DNA from: Gammaproteobacteria bacterium | GTDB lineage: Bacteria; Pseudomonadota; Gammaproteobacteria; GCA-001735895 | Assembly (NCBI GenBank): GCA_014382695.1 | Contig: JACNJF010000194.1 | Coordinates: 861-64,860 of the forward strand | Direction: 5' to 3' | Length of the DNA: 64,000 nt | Shown: positions 9,035-17,756 of the stretch, piece after piece | Layout of the letters: each line of letters begins with the position of its first letter | How positions within the stretch are numbered: position 1 is the stretch's first letter | Notes under the pieces: generated by a model | Told to the model about the DNA's origin: nothing | Databases searched by the model: none | Seen by the model: the letters and a program-made list of their open reading frames with translations, nothing else | Made by a program: the position numbers and the translations under genes

Positions 9035-11302
9035 ATGTCCGAAGATTTTCGCGAAAAAGCACTTGAATACCATCAATTTCCAACCCCCGGTAAATTATGT
9101 ATTCAGTCTACCGTACCTTTAACCACTCAGCGGGATCTGGCGCTAGCGTATTCGCCCGGAGTGGCTTATGCCTGTGAAGAGATTGAAAAGGATCCGTTGA
9201 AAGCGAGTGACTATACCGCGCGTGCCAATCTGGTTGGCGTCATAACGAATGGTACTGCAGTACTGGGTCTGGGTGCTATTGGCCCACTGGCCTCCAAGCC
9301 GGTGATGGAAGGGAAGGCGGTACTATTCAAGAAATTTGCCAATATCGATGTGTTTGATATCGAGATCAAGGAAGAGGATCCGATCAAGCTGGCGCAGACG
9401 ATCGAACGTCTGGAGCCTACCTTCGGCGGCATCAATCTGGAAGATATCAAGGCACCCGAATGCTTCATCGTGGAAGAGTATCTGCGTAAACATATGTCGA
9501 TACCGGTATTTCATGATGATCAGCATGGTACCGCGATCGTGGTTGCTGCCGCTTTAACCAGCGCCCTGGAGCTGGTTGGCAAGCCGATCGATAAGATCAA
9601 GCTGGTCTCATCCGGCGCAGGTGCAGCCGCGTTGGCCTGTCTTAACCTGCTGGTTTCGATGGGGCTGCCACGCGAAAATGTGATTGTCACGGATATCGAT
9701 GGCGTAGTTTATAAGGGCCGGGTGAAAGGGGCCGATCCGTATAAAGATCGCTATGCGGTGGACACTCCACATCGTACCCTGGCCGATGCCATCGCAGGTG
9801 CCGATGTATTTCTTGGCCTGTCAGCGGCGAATGTGCTGAAGCCTGCAATGCTGAAAACTATGGCCGAGCAGCCGGTCGTGTTCGCACTGGCGAATCCTAA
9901 CCCGGAAATTAATCCACTCGATGCGGTCAAGGTGCGTGATGATTTAATCATTGCAACCGGCCGTTCAGATTTTCCAAATCAGGTTAATAACGTGCTGTGT
10001 TTTCCTTTTCTTTTCCGCGGTGCGCTCGATGTCGGGGCCACCGAAATCAATGAAGAAATGAAGATTGCAGCGGTACATGCCATCTCGCGTCTGGCACGCG
10101 CCGGCAGTACTTCGGATATCGTCAGTTCTGCGTATGCGGGACAGTCACTACGCTTTGGACGCGAGTACCTGATACCAAAGCCGTTTGACCCACGTCTGAT
10201 CATTGAAATCGCGAGTGCAGTGGCACAGGCCGCGATGGACTCTGGTGTAGCCACCCGACCCATTGCTAATATGGCTGAGTATCGCGATAAGTTAACCAGT
10301 TTTGTGTATCGCTCTGGTTTGATCATGAAGCCAGTCTTTGAGCTGGCCAGAAACAGCCAGAAAAAGGTCGTTTTCCCAGAAGGTGAAAACCTGAAGGTGT
10401 TACAGGCGGTTGAAAATATTGTGCAGGATCGGCTCGCATTTCCGATTTTGTTAGGTCGCCCCGAGATCATCAAGGCGCAGATCAGCGAATATGGTTTGAG
10501 CATGCAGGAAGGGCGTGATTTTCAGATTATTTACGATACTGATGTCGAGAAATACGCCAGCAGCTATTACCAGATCATGCACAGACGAGGCGTCACCCTG
10601 ATGGAAGCAGAATCTCTGGTGCTGTCGAGTACTACGCTACAGGCCGCATTGATGGTTAAGCTGGGCGAAGCGGATACCTTTATCTGTGGTTCGATCGGTC
10701 GTTTCAATCAGCACCTGAAGCAGGTGATGGATGTTGCCGAACAACCGGATGGTGAGCAGCATATCTCGACTTTGAATGTGCATATATTAAATACCGGCAC
10801 TATCTTCATCTGCGATACCCAGGTCACGGTAAATCCGGCTGCTGAAGATATTGCTCAAATGGCGATAGCGGGTGCACGTGAAGTCGAACGTTTTGGAATC
10901 AAGCCACAGGTGGCGCTGCTATCGCACTCCAATTTTGGTAACCGAGATTCTGCTTCGGCCAGAAAAATGCGTGAAGCACTGGCTATCATTCGTAAACTGG
11001 ATCCAACGCTGGAAGTTGATGGTGAAATGCAAGCTGAATCGGCACTCTCTGCGGCTAAGCGCGGTGAAAAATTTGCCGATTCCAATCTGCAGGGTGCGGC
11101 TAATTTACTGGTGATGCCAAATCTGGACGCGGGTAATATCACCTCTAGCGTGTTACATGTGCTGGGCGGCGGAGTTTCCATCGGTCCTATTTTGATGGGC
11201 TGCAAGCTGGCCGGACATGTGGTGAATTCATCGATCAGTGTACGCGGCCTGGTGAATATGACCGTGGTTGCAGTGGCGCAGACTATTCAAGCTGCAAACT
11301 AA
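9035..11302 (+). CDS. maeB: NADP-dependent malic enzyme (malic enzyme domain plus phosphotransacetylase-like domain)
   Basis: The 755-aa product has a malic-enzyme N-terminal half and a PTA-like C-terminal half, which is the typical MaeB architecture. Confidence 0.95.
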   Translation: MSEDFREKALEYHQFPTPGKLCIQSTVPLTTQRDLALAYSPGVAYACEEIEKDPLKASDYTARANLVGVITNGTAVLGLGAIGPLASKPVMEGKAVLFKKFANIDVFDIEIKEEDPIKLAQTIERLEPTFGGINLEDIKAPECFIVEEYLRKHMSIPVFHDDQHGTAIVVAAALTSALELVGKPIDKIKLVSSGAGAAALACLNLLVSMGLPRENVIVTDIDGVVYKGRVKGADPYKDRYAVDTPHRTLADAIAGADVFLGLSAANVLKPAMLKTMAEQPVVFALANPNPEINPLDAVKVRDDLIIATGRSDFPNQVNNVLCFPFLFRGALDVGATEINEEMKIAAVHAISRLARAGSTSDIVSSAYAGQSLRFGREYLIPKPFDPRLIIEIASAVAQAAMDSGVATRPIANMAEYRDKLTSFVYRSGLIMKPVFELARNSQKKVVFPEGENLKVLQAVENIVQDRLAFPILLGRPEIIKAQISEYGLSMQEGRDFQIIYDTDVEKYASSYYQIMHRRGVTLMEAESLVLSSTTLQAALMVKLGEADTFICGSIGRFNQHLKQVMDVAEQPDGEQHISTLNVHILNTGTIFICDTQVTVNPAAEDIAQMAIAGAREVERFGIKPQVALLSHSNFGNRDSASARKMREALAIIRKLDPTLEVDGEMQAESALSAAKRGEKFADSNLQGAANLLVMPNLDAGNITSSVLHVLGGGVSIGPILMGCKLAGHVVNSSISVRGLVNMTVVAVAQTIQAAN

Positions 11303-11380
11303 ACTCAGGCACAGGGATCAGCTTGACAATATAAGTAAATACTAATATTGTTATAGCCTTTTACGGATCTGTAAAAGGCT

Positions 11381-12769
11381 ATGGCATCCACCCATCAGGA
11401 TTCGCTTCAGGCGAAACGAATCGCTGGAATTATCAGCGTTGTTATCTTCATTCTGGTCGGCATCAACGGCATCTTCACCTATTCAGGCGCGCATCTGTTT
11501 ATCAAGGAGATGCTGTTTGCGATATTGTTTGCGATTGCGGTGCAGTTTTCTATCGCCATCAGCCTGATTGCACTGCCGTATGTTAAGGGCGTCGGTAAGC
11601 TGGTGTTGCTAGTGGTGTATGTCGCTGCCCTGACCCTTTCCACGCTATCGGCCTATACCTTCATCTACAATGCCGGATTGCCGGGTACCATTGGCGATAG
11701 TAATGCCGTTAATACCCAGCTGAAGGCGCGTGTGGCCAATCAGTTAAGCGAAGTGATACTGCTGGAACAGGGCTTTATCGATGCGCAGACCGAACGTCTT
11801 GCCTTTCTCAAGCGCCAGGCTGAAGAAGAAGCACTGCGTGGCTTTCGTTCCGGTCTGGGAGCAGGCAAAGGGCCTGAGTATTATCAGAAGATAGAAATGC
11901 TACAGGCGGATGAAGTCCGTTTTGAAGCACAAAAACGCAAGTATGCAGAAGCAAAAACCATCTATGCCGAGATGGATAGTGCGTTGATGCAAAACACTCA
12001 GGGCCAGCGTGAAATACTGATCCTGTTGCTGTCTCGGCTGAAGTCTGTTGTCATCACGGATGAATCGAAACAGATACTGTCGGATATTTCACAAAGCAAA
12101 CTGGCGATCATTCAAAGTCCAATCGAAACCGCGATGGGGGTCATCATGGATCGTGATGCCTATTCGATACAGCTCGCAGTGAGCATTATCTGGGCCGCTG
12201 TCTTTGACTTGCTGGCATTGTTTCTGGGCATTATCCGTTACTATATCCTGCGCCCGAATTATTCTATCCTGTCGGTTATTTACGATACTATTTCAGCCTT
12301 CGTGACCTTCATCATCCGGCTTGGCTATCTGAAAAAAGATGCGCGCCAGAAGTACAATCAGGAGCTGCAGAACCAGAGCCACGGTACCCCGCTAAACTCT
12401 TCAGAAATGCAGTCTTTTGCGACCTATGTGATGGCGGGCAGTTTATTCTCCGCCGGTGAAGATCAGAATGCGATTGAGCCTTTGCAGAATTTAATCAGCC
12501 ATATTGAGCCGCTGAAGCTGGCCAGTGATCCGCGCGGCGTCGGTATTCCGTTTGCGGTAGTGGATGAGCAGAAGGCGATGAAAACCCTGATGGCGATGTT
12601 GATTCAGAGTCAGGTATTTCTGTCTGATGTGGAAAACGGGGTGTATGTGATGAACCCTGGCAGCGAAATGGCGCAGAAGATTCTGGTGTTCATCAAGATG
12701 GGGCTGAAAGATCCGAGCAAACAAAAAGAACTATCGCGTTTTGCGATTCCAGCAGAGGCTAATGCCTAG
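11381..12769 (+). CDS. hypothetical inner-membrane protein with central coiled-coil
   Basis: Three N-terminal TM helices, a charged coiled-coil segment of about 120 aa, further TM helices, and a C-terminal soluble domain. No family assigned. Confidence 0.6.
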   Translation: MASTHQDSLQAKRIAGIISVVIFILVGINGIFTYSGAHLFIKEMLFAILFAIAVQFSIAISLIALPYVKGVGKLVLLVVYVAALTLSTLSAYTFIYNAGLPGTIGDSNAVNTQLKARVANQLSEVILLEQGFIDAQTERLAFLKRQAEEEALRGFRSGLGAGKGPEYYQKIEMLQADEVRFEAQKRKYAEAKTIYAEMDSALMQNTQGQREILILLLSRLKSVVITDESKQILSDISQSKLAIIQSPIETAMGVIMDRDAYSIQLAVSIIWAAVFDLLALFLGIIRYYILRPNYSILSVIYDTISAFVTFIIRLGYLKKDARQKYNQELQNQSHGTPLNSSEMQSFATYVMAGSLFSAGEDQNAIEPLQNLISHIEPLKLASDPRGVGIPFAVVDEQKAMKTLMAMLIQSQVFLSDVENGVYVMNPGSEMAQKILVFIKMGLKDPSKQKELSRFAIPAEANA

Positions 12770-12855
12770 ATCAATTCCTGGATCAATAATAGTGTCTGCT
12801 GGTATCCATTCTGAGCAGCGTTTAGAATGGACGGATTGACTGGACTCACTCAATT

Positions 12856-13023
12856 ATGCAATTTCTGATTATACTACTGCTGGTACTCTCTTTTTTTCTG
12901 TATCAAACCTTCCGATTATGGCCCAAGGTCGAATTACGTCGTTATCTGGTGCTGTTATTGATTGTCGATACCTGGCTGAGCATCGTACTGATGTATCTGT
13001 TTTATAGTGCGCTTTTTGATTAA
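12856..13023 (+). CDS. possible small membrane protein (55 aa, two TM helices)
   Basis: I translated this ORF manually; it is not in the track because it is under 60 aa. Sequence: MQFLIILLLVLSFFLYQTFRLWPKVELRRYLVLLLIVDTWLSIVLMYLFYSALFD. Confidence 0.3.
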   Translation: MQFLIILLLVLSFFLYQTFRLWPKVELRRYLVLLLIVDTWLSIVLMYLFYSALFD

Positions 13024-13033
13024 TAGAGCGTTT

Positions 13034-13408
13034 TCAATCAAGATGTAACTCGGAACTTTTGAGAATGGCCTCAATACGGTCTTCAAAATCGGCTCCTATC
13101 GGCTTTGAGATGTAGTTATCGCAGCCGGATTTAATCGCCTTCTGACTATCGGCGCTCATCACCGAAGCGGTTACGGCAATAATCAGTCCGCCATAGCCAC
13201 TCTCACGTAGCTTGCGTGTAGCCTGATGCCCATCCATGACCGGCATATGCATATCCATCAGCACCAGGTCAAAATCGCCCGCAGGCGCTTTTTCGACCGC
13301 TTGCTGACCATTGAACGCCAGCTCAACCTGATGTTTGCGCAGGGTCAGTCTCATGTTAATCATGCGGCTGATGAATTCATCATCCTCGACCAGTAAGATT
13401 TTAGCCAT
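13034..13408 (-). CDS. single-domain response regulator (CheY-like receiver)
   Basis: VEDDEF, the phospho-acceptor D in LVLMDMHMP, and the conserved K in ISKP. Confidence 0.9.
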   Translation of the reverse strand: MAKILLVEDDEFISRMINMRLTLRKHQVELAFNGQQAVEKAPAGDFDLVLMDMHMPVMDGHQATRKLRESGYGGLIIAVTASVMSADSQKAIKSGCDNYISKPIGADFEDRIEAILKSSELHLD

Positions 13409-13413
13409 TCTGT

Positions 13414-15969
13414 TTACTCCTGCTTAAGCGTGAAAGAAAAAGTGGTGCCTGAACCATAGATGCTCTCCACCTGTATGTTGCCACCATGTAACTCGACTAG
13501 ACGTTTTGTAATGGCCAGACCAAGCCCCGAACCGCCCACATTGCGGGTGGATGAATCATCGACCTGATGAAAGGTATCAAATATGAATGGCAGTTCCTTC
13601 TGTGGGATGCCAATACCAGTATCGGCCACGCTGAAGGTAACCCGTTTATCCTGTTGCACCGCCGATATTTTTATACTGCCCTGGCGGGTAAATTTAAGCG
13701 CATTTCCGAGCAGGTTGATCAAAATCTGACGCAGGCGACGTGCATCGACCTGAAACTCAAAATCTTGCGCATCGGTCATCAGCTCAATCGACTTGCGCTC
13801 GGCCAGGTTTTCAAACTTGCGTATCATCTCCTGGATTAGCGGGAGGCTGTGGATTGTTTCCAGTTGAAGATCCATCTGGCCGGCTTCTATCTTGGAGATG
13901 TCGAGTAGATCGTTGATCATTTCGAGTAGATGGTTGCCGGAAATATCCATATCGTTGGCGATCTGTGCAATGATTTCAGCAGATGGCATCTGTTCCAGGT
14001 TTTTTAGCATGGGCAGATAACCCAGAATGACGGTGAGAGGGGTACGCAGCTCATGACTCATCACGTTCAGAAACGCTGACTTTTGCCGGTTAGCATCTTC
14101 GGCGGCCAGCTTTGCCCTGAGCATGGCCTGTTCCGAGCGTTTTTGCTCGGTAATATCCAGGTTCACCCCGATCATGCGCTGGGCACGCTTTTGATCATCC
14201 AGCACTACCAGTGCAGAGGCCTTGATATGGCGTTCTTCATGATTCGGCCACAGGATACGAAACTCCGTTTCGAAAGACTTGCCATTCTGAATCGCGTCAT
14301 TCAGTTCTGCTTTGGTGCGCAGTAGATCATCCGGATGCAGCGCTCCCTGCCAGGCTTCGTAGGCATCAGGAAACTGATCTTTGGTGAGGCCATACAGGTC
14401 GAACATACGTTTATCCCAGTTCAGGGTGTTCTGGATCACATCAAAATCCCATACCCCAATACTACCGGCACGAGCGGCCAGCTCCAGACGATCATTAAAT
14501 TCCTTTAACTCGTTTTCCTGCTGTTTCATATCGGTCAGGTCCTTAACTGTACCGATAAACAGTGTGCCCCCATTCACCTGAGCCTGTCCGACCGACAGGT
14601 TCATCGGGAAGGTGAGCCCTGATTTTCTTTTACCGACCACTTCACGTCCGATACCAATGATGCGCTTTTCATGGGTTTGCTGATAATGATCCAGATAACC
14701 GTCATGCTCAGAATGGTATGGCTCAGGCATCAGGATTTTAATATTCTGACCGATCACTTCTTCGGCACTATATCCAAACATTTTTTCAGCCGCAGGGCTG
14801 AATAGACTGACAATACCCAGAGGATTGATCGTGATCACGGCATCGACGGCATTCTCAACGATTGTCCGGTTCATCTTTTCACTTTCAACCAGTTGCCGAC
14901 TGCGCTGGTTAACCAGTTTTTTAATGACAACCTCGCGGTTAATCAGATTGCGTAGATAAAAGCTGATCAGCAGGGTGAAGGTTATACCCACCGCTAACAC
15001 CAGCCACTCGGTCTGTTTGGAATGCAGCTGGGCAAACTGGGTGGTGGCGATACTGGTGATGCGCCAGGTACGGTTAGCAATCTGGATATCCCTGGCATAG
15101 CGCCAGCGCCAGCCTGGCAGGGGTTCCAGTTGCGCCGAAGATTTCATGCTATAGAGTAGTTCGGTATCTGCCAGATCAGTGATATCGATGATCTTTATCA
15201 TCAGTGGATCGAGTAATGCCTTGAGTGGCTGAATGGCCGATTTAAACAGGTCGCCCACGCGAAATACGCCTAACACATAGCCATTAAATCTTTCCTGCGA
15301 CAGGGTCTGGTTTTTTTCTAGCGGTACAAATATGGGTTGAATAATCAAAAATCCCTTTTGTCGGGCGGATGCCTGAATCAGGGTAATGCTTGAGGTTGCC
15401 TGCGTTTGCCGGCTTAGACGTGCCATTTGCAGACTGGCCATGCGCTCGGGACTGGTTGCAAGATCAAACCCTAATACCGCCATGTTTCTGGCCAGGGGTT
15501 CAACATAAAACACCGGGTAATATACCCAGTGATCCTGGGTTGGGATTAGTTTTCCTTCGGCGTTTTGTGACCTGAACTCAAAATCAGTCAGGCCGTCCGC
15601 AAGCGCATTTAAGCGATAGGTTTCACGTTCGCTGGCCATCACCTGCGGAACCCATTCCATGGCATGGATTGAAGCGTTATCCCTGATCAGGGATTCGGTA
15701 AAGCGGAAGAAGTCTTCCCGGCTGACCTCGGGAGACACCATAAAAAACCGTTGTATACCGGATAGTCTGCTCTGATTGATTTCGAGTTCCTTACTCAGCG
15801 CATCGATGGCGAGCTGAGTGGCGCTTTCGTGTTCGACCTGAATGGTGCGGTTTTCCAGCTCTACTGCGACCCGAAACGCCAGAAAACTTAAGCCTAATCC
15901 TGTAAATAGAACCAGCCAGTGAATAAAGCTATTGCGCTGTTCCCGGTAAGGCTGCTGCATGGTTAACAT
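13414..15969 (-). CDS. sensor histidine kinase with periplasmic CHASE domain, PAS/PAC domains, HisKA and HATPase_c
   Basis: Two TM helices flank a periplasmic domain of about 250 aa. The H-box is MSHELRTPL, and the ATPase G-boxes are GSGLGLAI. There is no fused receiver. Confidence 0.9.
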   Translation of the reverse strand: MLTMQQPYREQRNSFIHWLVLFTGLGLSFLAFRVAVELENRTIQVEHESATQLAIDALSKELEINQSRLSGIQRFFMVSPEVSREDFFRFTESLIRDNASIHAMEWVPQVMASERETYRLNALADGLTDFEFRSQNAEGKLIPTQDHWVYYPVFYVEPLARNMAVLGFDLATSPERMASLQMARLSRQTQATSSITLIQASARQKGFLIIQPIFVPLEKNQTLSQERFNGYVLGVFRVGDLFKSAIQPLKALLDPLMIKIIDITDLADTELLYSMKSSAQLEPLPGWRWRYARDIQIANRTWRITSIATTQFAQLHSKQTEWLVLAVGITFTLLISFYLRNLINREVVIKKLVNQRSRQLVESEKMNRTIVENAVDAVITINPLGIVSLFSPAAEKMFGYSAEEVIGQNIKILMPEPYHSEHDGYLDHYQQTHEKRIIGIGREVVGKRKSGLTFPMNLSVGQAQVNGGTLFIGTVKDLTDMKQQENELKEFNDRLELAARAGSIGVWDFDVIQNTLNWDKRMFDLYGLTKDQFPDAYEAWQGALHPDDLLRTKAELNDAIQNGKSFETEFRILWPNHEERHIKASALVVLDDQKRAQRMIGVNLDITEQKRSEQAMLRAKLAAEDANRQKSAFLNVMSHELRTPLTVILGYLPMLKNLEQMPSAEIIAQIANDMDISGNHLLEMINDLLDISKIEAGQMDLQLETIHSLPLIQEMIRKFENLAERKSIELMTDAQDFEFQVDARRLRQILINLLGNALKFTRQGSIKISAVQQDKRVTFSVADTGIGIPQKELPFIFDTFHQVDDSSTRNVGGSGLGLAITKRLVELHGGNIQVESIYGSGTTFSFTLKQE

Positions 15970-17609
15970 TCATCATGAATAATAGTTTTGTTACGGCCAC
16001 TTTCCTTGGCCTGATAAAGGGCTTCATCCGCCGCTTCTATCAGCTTATTTTCCTGGCTGAAAGTGGTGCTGCCGGATATCCCTGCGCTAAAACTGCACTT
16101 AAACTCTTCCTTGTCACTCTTGAACGTTAGCTGAGAAAAAGAAACACGCAGTTTTTCAATGATTTCGAAGGCGGCATCCGGACTGGTATTCGGCATGATA
16201 ATACCAAATTCTTCGCCACCGTAACGCCCAATCAGATCGGATTTACGCAGGCGATCTGTCAGCAATTGCGCAAGAGATTTGAGTACTCGGTCGCCAATCG
16301 AATGGCCGAAACGGTCATTAACCTGTTTAAACAGGTCTATATCCAGCATCAGGTAACTGAGTGGTTCATTTTGACGCTGGCTACGAGCCAGTTCGGATTC
16401 AACCCGGCGTTTAAGGGTGATCTGATTGAGTAAGCCGGTCAGGCCATCGTGATACATCAGCTCGCTGAGGGTGCGCGAACGCTCTATTCTCGACTCAATG
16501 GTACTGATCAACTGTTTATCATCGATCGGTTTTACCAGAAAATCATCGCCCTGTTGCAGGGTCTGCAGCTGGATTTTACGGTTGGTTTCGGTCGACAGAA
16601 AAACAATCGGTGTACTGAAGTAGGTTTGATGCTGGCGCAATACGCTGGCGACTTCAAGACCGGTGATGCCTGGAAAATAAAAATCAAGCAACACCAGTTC
16701 CGGCTGAAACAAGGACATTTGCTCAAGGATGTGTTCTGGATCTGCTAATACGCTGGTATGCATACCCGCCTGACGTAATACCAGGCTGTAGTGCTGGGCC
16801 AGTTCTTCGGTATCGTCTACCACCAGCACCCGGTAGGGCTCGCGCCGGACCCGTTGCGTGATCAGATCCAGGTGATTCACCAGTTCGGAAATATCCAGTG
16901 GTTTTTCCAGGTAAGCGGAGCCACCTGCGCGCACCGCGGCGAGCCGGGATTCCCAGTCCTTGCGTTGAGAGATGAACAGAGCAGGTACCGGTTGCTGTAA
17001 AAGCTGGCGTATCTCGGAGGCAAACTGAGTGCCCGCTAATACACCTTCGGGCAAAATGATATCGAGTACCAGTGCATCCGGTATCTGCATTTCTACCATT
17101 TTTCTGGCGTCAGTCGCGGATGAAAATAAATGGGTTCTAAATCCATAATGTTGCAACTGCAGGCACAGATCCTGTCCCTGAAAAGCTTCATCTTCCACGA
17201 TATATATCAGACGCTGGGCCATGATGGATGGGGTAGTCAGCTGTTCCAACGGCTCAATAATCGAGGTGTTTTCAGGCCCGTTCTCAATCAGGGTATGCAA
17301 TGCCTGCAATCCCCGAACGAGATATTTTGTGGTTTTGCTATCCAGCGTATTTTTCTGGTTTATCGCCTCTTTGAGGATTAATTCCAGTTGGCGCGACTGC
17401 TCACTTAACTGAAAAAATCCGAAGGTACCGGCTGATCCACTCAGACTATGGATCTGGCGGAATATGTCATGCAGCATGGTTGCCGGGTCCGAATGATCGA
17501 CCAAACCATTCAGATCCGCAATCATCTGATCTACGCGAATCCCAAGATTAGCGGCAAACTCCAGCCTGAGAGCCGCTAACTGTTGCTGTATGTCATCCTG
17601 TCCGGGCAT
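15963..17609 (-). CDS. response regulator with N-terminal HPt domain, two receiver domains and a GGDEF (GGEEF) diguanylate cyclase domain
   Basis: HPt-like His in QIHSLSGSAG. Two REC domains (IVEDE...LDIILP and VVDDT...LDFYFP). GGEEF motif with an RKSD I-site. The gene overlaps the HK gene by 7 nt. Confidence 0.9.
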   Translation of the reverse strand: MPGQDDIQQQLAALRLEFAANLGIRVDQMIADLNGLVDHSDPATMLHDIFRQIHSLSGSAGTFGFFQLSEQSRQLELILKEAINQKNTLDSKTTKYLVRGLQALHTLIENGPENTSIIEPLEQLTTPSIMAQRLIYIVEDEAFQGQDLCLQLQHYGFRTHLFSSATDARKMVEMQIPDALVLDIILPEGVLAGTQFASEIRQLLQQPVPALFISQRKDWESRLAAVRAGGSAYLEKPLDISELVNHLDLITQRVRREPYRVLVVDDTEELAQHYSLVLRQAGMHTSVLADPEHILEQMSLFQPELVLLDFYFPGITGLEVASVLRQHQTYFSTPIVFLSTETNRKIQLQTLQQGDDFLVKPIDDKQLISTIESRIERSRTLSELMYHDGLTGLLNQITLKRRVESELARSQRQNEPLSYLMLDIDLFKQVNDRFGHSIGDRVLKSLAQLLTDRLRKSDLIGRYGGEEFGIIMPNTSPDAAFEIIEKLRVSFSQLTFKSDKEEFKCSFSAGISGSTTFSQENKLIEAADEALYQAKESGRNKTIIHDEC

Positions 17610-17756
17610 AGGGCTTTTATACTCACGATTAAAAAAATACGATAAATTAGATTAATAAATCAGTATAAACTTGTTTTATAGTTCTGTACTAGGCGTCAGA
17701 TTCATATTAATGTAATGTCCAGTTTTTATGTGGTTTTAAGGTAAGAGAGAGCAGCA

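Noticed and set aside
17610-17756. Short direct repeat taatgtaatg in the divergent promoter region between the two signalling operons.
   Set aside because: It is too short and degenerate to call as a binding site without comparative data.
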